A stretch of 63,431 nucleotides of DNA, filler included, from Welwitschia mirabilis (Eukaryota), in assembly GCA_051453625.1 (NCBI GenBank). It is 6 parts of one record of this genome, joined end to end, with 100 filler letters (N's around TTAATTAATTAA, not from the genome) between each part and the next. Parts side by side here need not be neighbours in the genome. Positions count along the whole stretch, not along the records: positions 48,407 to 54,766 come from JBOZIK010000001.1; positions 54,867 to 56,073 come from JBOZIK010000001.1; positions 56,174 to 59,920 come from JBOZIK010000001.1; positions 60,021 to 63,431 come from JBOZIK010000001.1; 2 more parts are not named here. One strand, 5' to 3'. Of this stretch, positions 52,126-63,431 are shown one piece after another. Below the pieces are notes generated by a model, which had not been told where the DNA came from, did no database searches, and saw only the letters and a list, made by a program, of their open reading frames with translations. Each line of letters starts with the position of its first letter. Position 1 is the stretch's first letter. A program made the position numbers and the translations under genes.

Positions 52126-54866
52126 CGTCTTCGCATTTTCTGAGCAAGGTTATTGGATTCCAAATCAGCTGTTGGTGCTGCCAAACCCAAACATGATGTG
52201 CTCTGGTGTGGAATGGCTAACGAGAGATGTTATAAGCACTGATGGTGTGTCAAAAGGAGGGAATGCTCTAAGTTATGAGGACTATACAACACTTTGGAAA
52301 ATGCAGAGGGTGAACCAAAGATTTGAAGAAACATCAGTGCCAATTCCACATAGACTCGGCAAGTTCTGTTTTCACTTGAAATCCTTCGAGTTTGAAGCAT
52401 GACGTTGTACCATACTAGATGTAATACGTTAAATATCTTCTTATTCTTCCAAAATGTTTACAATCTATGTTGATTGAACGGTCATAATAGATGGCTTCAA
52501 ACTCAAATATTCTCCAATTGTCTCTCTTTAATCCAATGAACACTTCAAAAGCATCCCTAGCTGAGGGTTTTTCTCAGGCTGTTTTGAAGCATCCAAGAAC
52601 AGAGGAACAGAACAAAGTAAAAAATGCAATCAGAAGGAACATAAGAAGGATGGCATAGGCAAAACAAAAAGTTGAAGGACACACCAGAACAGAGAAAACA
52701 CATTGCAAAACGGCACAATGGAACAAGACGGACGCACACCAAAATGGTGACATAAAAAAGACTACAAGAGAAGAACACAGAGCTAAGACAGGGAAACGCA
52801 TCAGACGCAACAAAGGAGCAGAGAAGCATGAGAAAAGAGCACAGCAAAACAAAGCAGGCAGCACAAGAAAAGAGAGCATTGGTAGTGAAATAGATCAGAA
52901 AATGAGTAGAGACAGAGAAATACCAGAATTAAGGAGACGACATCAGGAGGAGGAAAATCAGAAGGGAAGGACAGTGAAAAAAGAGATCATTCATGAAGAA
53001 ATGGAATGCAATGGAAGAAGGAATAGCAGCCACAGTAAAGGTGACGCAGTAAAGCTACAAACGTAGAAAATATCACCAAGCAAAAGAGGAGAAATGAAAA
53101 GAAAACCCTAGAACGCCAGCAAACATCACCAGAGACACAGCACAGGACACCAGAATGGCAAAAATGCTAAGGCATAGCACTGAGGCTAGATGCAAGACGG
53201 AAAATGGACGCTAAACACATTAGTAAAGGAGGGATATCACAAAGAATAATAGAGGTGAAATGATGACCAGAATGCAGGAGGAACAGAGGGACGGAAAGCA
53301 TTAGGTAGGAAAATTTGCAGACGAGAAAGAAGCGACAGCATGACAAAGAACACTAAATGCTAGAAAGGAGGAGGAAAACCAAATGGGTAGAGAATGCCAA
53401 GAAAACTCAAAGAACAGTATAAAAGACATAGCAGAGAGGGTAAAAAAGTGAAATCAAAGGTAAAACCAGAATAGCAATACTAGAACAGCAACGAATCACA
53501 GATTCAAAAGAAACAGAACAAACAGATTAGAGATCAGACAAAGACAAATGGTAAGCAGGTAGAAGATGGATACACATCACAATTTTTCTATATCATCTAA
53601 AATTATTTCAGGTTCATTTTGTGTTATCTCCTGAATTGTAAAAGACTTGTTTTATGTTTTCAAAATGTGAGATTGCACTTTAGAAGATTTTGCTTTTTAA
53701 AAAAAAGGGGAAAGACATTTATTTTATATCATAATTATATATTAAATATATTTGATTAATAGACCATTTTATTTTAAAACTAGANNNNNNNNNNNNNNNN
53801 NNNNNNNNNNNNNNNNNNNNNNNNNNNNNNNNNNNNNNNNNNNNNNNNNNNNNNNNNNNNNNNNNNNNNNNNNNNNNNNNNNNNNNNNNNNNNNNNNNNN
53901 NNNNNNNNNNNNNNNNNNNNNNNNNNNNNNNNNNNNNNNNNNNNNNNNNNNNNNNNNNNNNNNNNNNNNNNNNNNNNNNNNNNNNNNNNNNNNNNNNNNN
54001 NNNNNNNNNNNNNNNNNNNNNNNNNNNNNNNNNNNNNNNNNNNNNNNNNNNNNNNNNNNNNNNNNNNNNNNNNNNNNNNNNNNNNNNNNNNNNNNNNNTT
54101 TAAAGGTTGAAAATAAAATCAAAGTTACAAATTTAACATTGTAAAAGAAAACTTTTAGTAACAGTTTGGCATTAGAAGGAAGGCCCTTCGTGTAGGCCTT
54201 TTGTCATTTTCTTGATTGTTTTTGAATCGCGCTCATTTTTTGCTTTACCTTATCTACCATCTTGTCGCATTCCACAACAGCCATAATGCCGATGTCAACC
54301 TGCGAGAAAAAAGCCTGCATTTCTGAAGATGAGTATAAGGTACTTGTTCAGTAACACTCTTCGACCCTCACCTCTGACAAACTCCATGCCATGAATGACT
54401 ATAGGAGTTACTAGGAGGGATACTTAACCCATTTCACCCAAAGAATTCAATACTTAGCAATTCGAAAACTAGTACTTCTAGATGATGAGAACAAGATTCT
54501 CTTTCAAGATCCCTTCTCCTAAAAACATGACAAAAATCTAGAGTTTGTAAACGAATGAGGTTGCGATAAAAAATTAAAAACATCACACAAATCTGCATCA
54601 CAAATCCCAAATAAAGATTACAATGATAACAGCCTATTTGAATATGAAACCAATGATGACGAACCATCAAAAACTCAACAACCTAAGAATAACAAACCCT
54701 CAATTTAATCGACAGAATTCAACATGCTATGGGAGGCTATCAATAACATAAAATGAGGCCTCCAAANNNNNNNNNNNNNNNNNNNNNNNNNNNNNNNNNN
54801 NNNNNNNNNNTTAATTAATTAANNNNNNNNNNNNNNNNNNNNNNNNNNNNNNNNNNNNNNNNNNNN

Positions 54867-56073
54867 ACTCAGGTACTGTTATAATATTTTCCTTTGGAGT
54901 TTGCTACGTTAGTACTTAGACTAAGTAAAACATTCTTCTTCATGTTTCTTGTGTCTATTTGCCCTCTGCTTTTCTTCTATTTTCATGTCTATTATTTTCT
55001 AGCCATTTTTTCCCATTTTCCCATTTTCTTCTTTCCTAGTTTAGTAGTTTCATAATTTTTCCTTCCAGTCATTTTTATTTTTCGTTAGTTTAGGTAATTT
55101 GGGACGCATTGCATATTTTAAGTGAGGGGCAGGATGCATATATATTTCTGACTCAATTTTTTTAATCATAATGAATCATTATTGCAAATCCTTCTTAATT
55201 TTTACATAATTATACTTAACTATCTATCACAGGAGGAGCTCTTTTCCAGAATTTTTTAACTAATACAAAATATGTTTTCTATCACAGGTTCCAAAATTTA
55301 AAAATCTTTTAAGGAGCCTGTCGTCCCTATTATAGTCTGAACACTAGACTGAATGACAAACATACATCTAATATTTAACAGGTATTTTATTTAGTTTTTA
55401 AATTTTTAAAAATTTAGATTCAAATACATTACAGATACAATTTTTGTCAGATACTTTCCTTTACCTATCCTAGTTCTTATTATTTGAAAAGTTGGCTTAC
55501 AAACACAGTTTACCGCCTGGTTTTGTCAGGGACTAACAAGGCTAAGTGGGAGGCTATGTTGCGACACTAACTTAAGTGTATTTGATAGGGTATTTTGAGT
55601 TATTTTGCATATAAACTAGCAGATAAATGCCTAGTTCGTATGACAATTGAGAATCCAGAAACACAAGATGAAAATATGTAGTTTATCAGATAATTCACAA
55701 GGATTTCCTATAGATATAGATAAATTATATTTTCAGATGATTATTCCTGCAAATAACTAGATATTACACTGACAAAGGATGAATAGGAGACTGTCATCCC
55801 CTATGTCATCCAGACAATAGTCAGGACGACAACCCTAATTGGACAGATGACAGAATTAATTCCAGATAGCTTGTAGTTGAAGTGAAGATCTTTTCATCAG
55901 ACTCCATCATCCACCTCATCGTTCAGACGAAACCAATGGATGACATCTTCAAATCTAGTTGACAGGACTTTGCATGAAGATCATAGATAGTTGAACTGGA
56001 AGCAAACTAGATAACTCATTGTAAATCCTTGTCATCTCTGCCATCGTCCAGACAACAACCTAGATGACACTAT
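54867..56073 (+). mobile_element. 3' internal region, PPT and partial 3' LTR (from 55557) of an Athila-like family member
   Basis: 54965-54998 is the reverse complement of about 3235-3270. GTCAGGGACTAACAAGGCTAAGTGGGAGGCTA is followed by TGTTGCGACAC at 55557. Bounded by linkers on both sides. Confidence 0.85.
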
Positions 56074-56413
56074 NNNNNNNNNNNNNNNNNNNNNNNNNNN
56101 NNNNNNNNNNNNNNNNNTTAATTAATTAANNNNNNNNNNNNNNNNNNNNNNNNNNNNNNNNNNNNNNNNNNNNAATGTTTTCTAAAAAGTTCTAATGTAA
56201 CAAACCCTGTCTGGAATTTACTTGTCAATCATGAAAATGACTTGGGGATTTGCTCATCTTCCTTTAGCTGATTGCAAGGTTATCGTAATTCAGTCACCTA
56301 GATGTGGTTAGTCGACTGACCTAAAAACCCAATCGTCCGAACTCCTTCTAGTACTATAAATCCACATCTCTATGGATCGATAAGAATCTCAAATGGTCAA
56401 CTGGACCTTTCAG

Positions 56414-59400
56414 ATTATAGTGAAGCCAAATCTCTTGATGTTATTTATTTTTTTATAGTATGACTTTATATATTTTTATATAGTCCCTTTTATTATTTTA
56501 ATTTAATATTAAAAAGAATAAGGGAAGTCTAATGGGATCATCTAGAAAATTATAGAAGTTAGGGTTAGGGTTTCTACCCTAAAAGAAAATTTATATAAGG
56601 AGAGTAGAGGCATGAAATGCCATAAGGTATAGGAGTCGAGAGTTATAAGATTGGCTATTAAGAACAGCTTGTGTTCTTACCCTTTTCTTCATTCTAATAG
56701 AGAGCTCTATATTACTTCTGTGGTTTTTCACCACATTGGGGTTTTTTACATAAATCTAGTGTGTTGATATTTATATTTTGCTTTTATTTTACTGCATTTT
56801 TCTAACAACTGGTATCAGAGTAAGGTTCGAAGTACTTTCTGTTTGAATATCTTTTAGAGGCCCTTTGTAGAGTGAGTGAATGGACTATGGAATGGAGGAA
56901 GCGAAGCAAGAAAAGTACTTTTTTTTTTCATGTTAATAATGGAGAGCTTGCAGACAGCAAATAAGCTCATTAGACAAAACTAAAATGTTTGGTCTATTCT
57001 GATGAGAGCTGTTTTGGCACAGAAGGATTATGTAGAAGCCCTCGAGTCAGTGAAATCTACTTCCATGCAAGATGATAATTGGATAAGAATGAATTTTAAG
57101 GCTTTGTCCTACATCCATTCATGTCTAAGTAATGGCATTCTGCAGTCTATCAAANNNNNNNNNNNNNNNNNNNNNNNNNNNNNNNNNNNNNNNNNNNNNN
57201 NNNNNNNNNNNNNNNNNNNNNNNNNNNNNNNNNNNNNNNNNNNNNNNNNNNNNNNNNNNNNNNNNNNNNNNNNNNNNNNNNNNNNNNNNNNNNNNNNNNN
57301 NNNNNNNNNNNNNNNNNNNNNNNNNNNNNNNNNNNNNNNNNNNNNNNNNNNNNNNNNNNNNNNNNNNNNNNNNNNNNNNNNNNNNNNNNNNNNNNNNNNN
57401 NNNNNNNNNNNNNNNNNNNNNNNNNNNNNNNNNNNNNNNNNNNNNNNNNNNNNNNNNNNNNNNNNNNNNNNNNNNNNNNNNNNNNNNNNNNNNNNNNNNN
57501 NNNNNNNNNNNNNNNNNNNNNNNNNNNNNNNNNNNNNNNNNNNNNNNNNNNNNNNNNNNNNNNNNNNNNNNNNNNNNNNNNNNNNNNNNNNNNNNNNNNN
57601 NNNNNNNNNNNNNNNNNNNNNNNNNNNNNNNNNNNNNNNNNNNNNNNNNNNNNNNNNNNNNNNNNNNNNNNNNNNNNNNNNNNNNNNNNNNNNNNNNNNN
57701 NNNNNNNNNNNNNNNNNNNNNNNNNNNNNNNNNNNNNNNNNNNNNNNNNNNNNNNNNNNNNNNNNNNNNNNNNNNNNNNNNNNNNNNNNNNNNNNNTGTG
57801 GTTGATTAACATAGGTGCCTCCTTTCACATTTATCCTAATCATTCTATCTTTACATCATATGGTGCTATTTTGTCTGATGTTGGTCTGATGTTGGGTATG
57901 ATGCCAATGGGAAACCATTGGCAGCTGCTAGAATAGAAAGCATTATTTTATAGCAACCAGGGATGTCGAAAGTTACCATTAATAATGTTTGGCATGTTCC
58001 AGAGGTGACAAAGAAGCTGATCTCTGTCACATAGTTGGATGATCTACGCTTGAATTTTTCAAGTGGTGAAGGTTGTTTGAGAATTATAAAAGGGATTATN
58101 NNNNNNNNNNNNNNNNNNNNNNNNNNNNNNNNNNNNNNNNNNNNNNNNNNNNNNNNNNNNNNNNNNNNNNNNNNNNNNNNNNNNNNNNNNNNNNNNNNNN
58201 NNNNNNNNNNNNNNNNNNNNNNNNNNNNNNNNNNNNNNNNNNNNNNNNNNNNNNNNNNNNNNNNNNNNNNNNNNNNNNNNNNNNNNNNNNNNNNNNNNNN
58301 NNNNNNNNNNNNNNNNNNNNNNNNNNNNNNNNNNNNNNNNNNNNNNNNNNNNNNNNNNNNNNNNNNNNNNNNNNNNNNNNNNNNNNNNNNNNNNNNNNNN
58401 NNNNNNNNNNNNNNNNNNNNNNNNNNNNNNNNNNNNNNNNNNNNNNNNNNNNNNNNNNNNNNNNNNNNNNNNNNNNNNNNNNNNNNNNNNNNNNNNNNNN
58501 NNNNNNNNNNNNNNNNNNNNNNNNNNNNNNNNNNNNNNNNNNNNNNNNNNNNNNNNNNNNNNNNNNNNNNNNNNNNNNNNNNNNNNNNNNNNNNNNNNNN
58601 NNNNNNNNNNNNNNNNNNNNNNNNNNNNNNNNNNNNNNNNNNNNNNNNNNNNNNNNNNNNNNNNNNNNNNNNNNNNNNNNNNNNNNNNNNNNNNNNNNNN
58701 NNNNNNNNNNNNNNNNNNNNNNNNNNNNNNNNNNNNNNNNNNNNNNNNNNNNNNNNNNNNNNNNNNNNNNNNNNNNNNNNNNNNNNNNNNNNNNNNNNNN
58801 NAAAACAAATTGGAATTAGTTTATTCTGATGTTTGTGGGCCTATGAATCCTGTTTCTCTTGGTGGTTCTTTATATTTTATAATGTTCATTAATGATTGTA
58901 CATAAAAGATTTGAGTGTACATATTGAAATCTAAAGATAAAGTTTTAGGGACATTTAAAACATTTGTTTCCATGGTTGAAACATAAATAGGTTTATAATT
59001 AAAATGTTTTCTTACTGATAATAGAGGGAAGTACACCTCCAAGGCTTTTGAAGAGTTTTATAATACCAAGGAAATTTGCATCCCTCTAGGCACACTACAA
59101 GGAAATGAAGTTGCTGAAAGATGCAATACGACACTACTAGAATGAGCCAGATCCATGGTTATAGGTGCAGGTTTGTCTAAATCTTTTTGAAGAGAAGCAG
59201 TGGTAATAGCTACTTATTTGGTAAATAGATTACCTCATTCCTCTATCAATGATGTTCCAAAAATATTATGGAAAGGTAAAAATGTTTTCTATCAGCATTT
59301 AAGAGTTTTTTGGTGTGAATCTTATATGCATATCCAAAAGAAAAATAGAACTAAACTGCAGGAAAGGGCCAAATGATGCATATTTACAGGCTATGAAGAG

Positions 59401-60612
59401 GATGCCCTAGGCTATAAACTATGGAATCCTAAGACCAACCAGATTGCAAAGTCACGAGATTTCAAGTTTAAAGAACATGTAATATTTTATAGTTTGCAAG
59501 ATAAGAACTAAGCAGGGAGCGATCCTATCTTCCTGCATTAGTCTTGTAAGGTAAAGGATGAATCAGATGAAGAGAAGGAGGAGGAGCAAGAAGAAGAGGC
59601 TCCTGAGACTGGAATTTTAGATAATAATGAAATGTCTTTAGATGAAGAACAGGTAGAGGAGGAACAGCCTAGGGATACATCCCATTGGGTGAGAAGATCT
59701 ATTAGAATTTTACATCCACCTGATAAGTATTCTTCTTTATTGAATTATGTTCTTTATAGTGATTATGAAGAACCAGAAATAGTTAGAGAAGATCACACTT
59801 GTGCTGATACTATCAAGTAAAAGGTAGACATGGAAGATGAGTGAAAATCCTTAAAACAAAATAATACATGTAAATTGATGGAATTACTTAAAGGACGTAA
59901 AGCCATACATAGCAGGTGGANNNNNNNNNNNNNNNNNNNNNNNNNNNNNNNNNNNNNNNNNNNNTTAATTAATTAANNNNNNNNNNNNNNNNNNNNNNNN
60001 NNNNNNNNNNNNNNNNNNNNACAAGCTAGTAGATGTATAGAAAATTAATACTAAAATGAATGTTATTGATTCACTCACAAAGGTAATAGCAATGGATAAG
60101 AGTAACTTTTACAAAGAAAGTCTTGGCGTTATAGTGACGTGATTAAAGGGCATTTAAAGTAATGCATCTCTGCTATTTGATTGGAGGCTTACCAGATTTG
60201 TCTTCAAGGGGGATAATTATTAGAAGTGAAGTCAAATCTCTTGATGTTATTTATTCCTTTATAGTGTGACTTTATATATTTTTATATAGTCCTTTTTCTT
60301 GTTGTAATTTAACATTAAAAAGAAGAAGGGAAGTCTAATGGGGTTATCTAGAAAGTTCTAGAAGTTAAGGTTAGGGTTTCTACCCTAAAAGAAAGTCTAT
60401 ATAAGGGGATTAAAAGCATGAAATTCCATAAGGTATAGGAGTTAAGAGTTATTAGATTGGCTATTAAGGACAGCTTGTGTTCTTACCCTTTTTTTCATTC
60501 TAATAGAGAGGTCTACATTGCTTCCATGGCTTTTCCCTACATTGAGGTTTTCCATGTAAATCTAGTGTGTTGATATTTGCATTTTGCTTTTACTCTGCTA
60601 CATTTTTCTAAT
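56414..60612 (+). mobile_element. Ty1/Copia LTR retrotransposon, degenerate
   Basis: LTRs of about 395 bp (about 56414-56807; 60218-60612); PBS TGGTATCAGAG; gag (MRAVLAQK..KALSYIHSCLS); protease WLINIGASFHI; integrase [24 protein letters not shown] start (EPE..KSLKQNNT..KGRKAI); RNase H end (DSLTK); PPT AAGGGGGA. Most of RT is lost at the linker. Confidence 0.93.
56810..56821 (+). promoter_or_regulatory. Primer-binding site (initiator tRNA-Met)
   Basis: TGGTATCAGAGT, 2 nt after the LTR end TCTAACA. Confidence 0.92.
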
Positions 60613-60886
60613 CCTATAGACCTGCGTCTCTATGAATCGATCAGAATCTCAAGTGGTCGATCGGACCTGATGAATCACAGTGCAGAAGTACCATCGGTGG
60701 ACCCAATTTCTTTCTTCATTTCTCCTTATTTCTCACAATATATAAAAGAAAAAGGATCCTAAATTAATTTTCTTATGTTCTAGTCTTTTTCATCTCTTAG
60801 ATCTAGAGTTCTATCTTCAAGATCCAGAGCTTTACTCTTAGATACAGTTTTTTCCTCTCAGTTTTCCTACTTGTAAAGTATTTAAA

Positions 60887-61318
60887 ATGGCTGAAAGCTT
60901 ATCCAGAAGGAGAGTAAAGGGAGCTTCTTCAAGGGATTCTTCTATTTTTTATCAGGGAATATCTGAGCAAGACATTAACAAGTTCTTAAAAAAGCTTAAG
61001 AAGAACTCAGTGTGCCAGAAGTAGTCAGTAGCCATTTCAGAGCTTAGAGAGCTTAAGGAAGTAATTCAACTCTTAAGAAATCAAGATCTTGAGCACTTTT
61101 TAGATGTTTCTGGCAAGAAATCCTCTCCTAATGAGACCCTTTCATATCTAAGATGGATTGATTCTCATACCAGATACATAAAGGAAGCACTCATATTAGT
61201 TGGTTATAATATTGTTGATACCTCAGTAGAGGCAACCAGCTCAACACGCATAGGAGGTAATGAAGAAGATTCAGAGGAAGACTATGAAAAAGAAGAAGAG
61301 GATGAGGAGTCTGATTAA
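60887..61318 (+). pseudogene. Short env-like/extra ORF of the Sirevirus-like element (143 codons, one internal stop)
   Basis: MAESLSRRRVKGASSRDSS..SVCQK*SVAISEL..VIQLLRNQDLEHFLDVSGK..EEDSEEDYEKEEEDEESD*. Single TAG at 61022. Lies just upstream of the multiple-PPT region. Confidence 0.65.
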
Positions 61319-61880
61319 AAATTTTAGATTATGTTTTGCTTTGTATTTATGTTCTCTCCTTTATCATTGATGTCAAAAGGAGGAGAATTAATTGTGTGTT
61401 GTTGAATGTTTTTTATATAGTTTCAGATGTATGCTCTTGATGAATACTTTTAGTTTATAAAGTTTGCACTTTTACTTTGTAATGTTTGCTTATGTTTAAT
61501 GAAACACACTTATCTATTTCGTATAAAATTGTATTTCAATTATTACCTCAAATCTTTTTGTGCTTTTACAAATCATATATACTCAACATGTTTTTCTATT
61601 AGTATCATATGTGCTTAACTTGAAAAGTTTAAAGTATTATAACATTAGAAATAAATTCTAATATATAACATTTGATTAAAATATTAAATGATTTACATGA
61701 TCACATTGTGCTTTTCATAAAAGTTATGCCCTTAACCTTTCAAATGTGCATATTAAATTTGTTTCATTTAAAGCACAAAATTTGATTATTCAAANNNNNN
61801 NNNNTATAAGGGTAAGATTTTTTAAAGTTATAATTTTTTACAACTAAGTATTATTTGCCATAAATATCAAAGGGGGAGAT

Positions 61881-63431
61881 TATTATATTATGTTTTACTA
61901 GTTAACATCAAACTAATATTTTTTGTATAGAAAATTTTGTGTATCCTGTGTAGAAGATGTTAATTACTTGTAGGTCGAAAGATAAAATCAAAACCATTAA
62001 TTTATAAGCACTAGGAACCTATTAGTTCTTTTATCCTTTTAAGGGGTCAACTGGATTTCTGAGGGGTCGATCACATCTAAAGTAGATAGATAAAAATGAA
62101 TTGCATCCAAAGGGATTGACCGAATTTCTGATGGAGTTAAATGGATCTATAACCTCAAGAATCAGTGTCCCTGAACTAAATAGCAAGGGGTCAACCAGAC
62201 CTTTATGGGATCAATTATATTTGAGAACCTGATAAACAGTATCCCTCGACTGAATGACAAGGGGTCGACCTGACCTATGATGAGGTCGATTAGATCTTTG
62301 AATCAAGGAACAGTACTCCTGAACTAATTATCAAGGGGTTGATTGAACCTATGATGGGGTCGATTAGACCTAAGCATTGTGTAGCTGATACTCCTAAGCT
62401 GATTGTTATGGAGTTGACCAAATACTTAAAGGGGTTAACTGGATCTGCTGGAAACTAAAAAGAATTTTATCATGAGGAGTGGGCAACCGGGTCATGTAGT
62501 ACGTGACTGGGCTAGGGTCGACGAGATCTAAATGAGGTCAACCAAACATGGAGCCATAAGAAATTGGGGTGACTAAAATTCTTACTTGGGCAACCTGTGT
62601 AAGACACGGCACCAGATGGGGTTGACTAAACTTTTGAGGAGTCAACTGACAGAATGGAAGTAAAATTTTCTAATCATTATGTATCCATTATGTAGTTATT
62701 GAATAGCTGTTTTCTAGTCGTTTATAGCCATTGGAAGTGCATTTCAAATGTGATAAATCCTAAAAGACTTCCAATCTAAATAGCTAAGACATAGATGACT
62801 AAATCATTTTTTAGAACTATTTTCAATCATGTCAATCTGTTAGATCTGAAGGATCAAGAACTATAATCTTTTGACATTCACTATTGTATCTTAGCATTTA
62901 TACTTTTGACTAAAAAAGTCTATCATCTGTATCATCTCTACATTTAAGGTCAAATCCTGTGCTTCATCTAGTTTTTACATCTATAGAAGAAGAGCTCCAT
63001 CAAATCTATTAAATCAAGAACCAGTAATATCCGTGCACTATTGGCATTATTACATCACTACTTTGCTTTGTAAAAGGTTAATACTAAGCCTTAAAAATTC
63101 CATTTAAAAGTTGAGACTAAGCTTAAAAGGTTTATTCAAAGGTTAAGACTAAGCTTTAGAAAGTCTGTTTAAAGGTTGATTCTAAACCTAGAAAAATCCA
63201 CTTGTAAAGATTATAGATAAACCTAAAATATCTAGTGAAATAACAAAGATCTGAGATCTAGCTTGGGAATAAGCTGATCATTAAGAGTTGAGTAGGAAGT
63301 TTCCTAAACCACTATAAATCAAGTGTGCATCCATTTAGTATTTTTATGCTTTTAGTTATTATTTCTTTACTTCTATTATTTTCTTATTTCATGCACATTT
63401 TGGATTAGTTAATTATTATATGCAAGTTTTA
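61881..63431 (+). repeat. 3' LTR of the Sirevirus-like element (runs off the window)
   Basis: Starts right after PPT AAAGGGGGAGAT. About 16 GRGGTYRAY motifs at 62043-62650; about five 34-bp repeats AAAGGTTRA.ACTAAGC.TTA.AAA at 63072-63235. Confidence 0.75.

Larger units (their letters stand above)
56174..63431 (+). mobile_element. 3' portion of a Sirevirus (SIRE/Maximus)-like Copia element hosting the 56414-60612 insertion
   Basis: Extra ORF at 60887-61318; several PPT-like signatures (61375-61387, about 61808, AAAGGGGGAGAT at 61869-61880); long LTR from 61881 with palindromic GGTCGACC-like repeats and about 34-bp repeats further 3'. Confidence 0.75.

Noticed and set aside
51923..52402. 159-aa + strand ORF (and 51588-51929) as real genes
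   Set aside because: No recognisable motif; they overlap, antisense, the PMEI-like frame, which explains the region better.
52557..52879. Cys/Phe/Leu-rich minus-strand ORFs as membrane proteins
   Set aside because: A by-product of T/C-rich low-complexity composition; two overlapping frames look alike.
47560..53580. Helitron helicase as the vehicle that captured DRE2/PMEI
   Set aside because: Separated by a synthetic linker and an unrelated repeat; no Helitron TC/CTRR termini or hairpin were identified, and loss of introns points to an RNA intermediate.
249..58829. Long ORFs in the track composed mostly of X
   Set aside because: They are open only because they run through N gaps.
62043..63235. 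Spaced repeats as a CRISPR-like array
   Set aside because: Repeats are degenerate with related spacers, lie in a plant LTR, and no cas genes are present; they fit Sirevirus LTR repeats.

Overview
AT-rich, gap-riddled eukaryotic (land-plant) heterochromatin-type sequence. It is almost entirely decayed, nested LTR retrotransposons, and I can support no intact protein-coding gene, RNA gene or CRISPR array. Transposon content: (i) three minus-strand Athila-like Ty3/Gypsy elements that appear to carry only gag-protease (one, 1635-10384, is inserted into the protease of an older one); (ii) a degraded Athila-like pol with all domains on + (about 23.5-27.4 kb); (iii) several extra LTRs of the same family; (iv) a PIF1-helicase remnant of a Helitron-like element; (v) a Ty1/Copia element sitting inside the 3' part of a Sirevirus-like element that has an env-like ORF, multiple PPTs and palindromic LTR repeats. 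The most notable non-TE content is a GC-richer island at about 50.0-53.6 kb, with a full-length intronless DRE2/anamorsin pseudogene and, about 215 bp upstream on the same strand, a PMEI-domain pseudogene that the ORF track does not reveal. Much apparent structure is assembly-derived: five artificial N44-TTAATTAATTAA-N44 linkers, and many near-duplicate contigs separated by exactly 100 N (two interleaved haplotypes or paralogues). All calls come from manual translation and alignment by eye; no database search was run, so coordinates of decayed elements are approximate. I found no convincing new biological system; the findings are leads.
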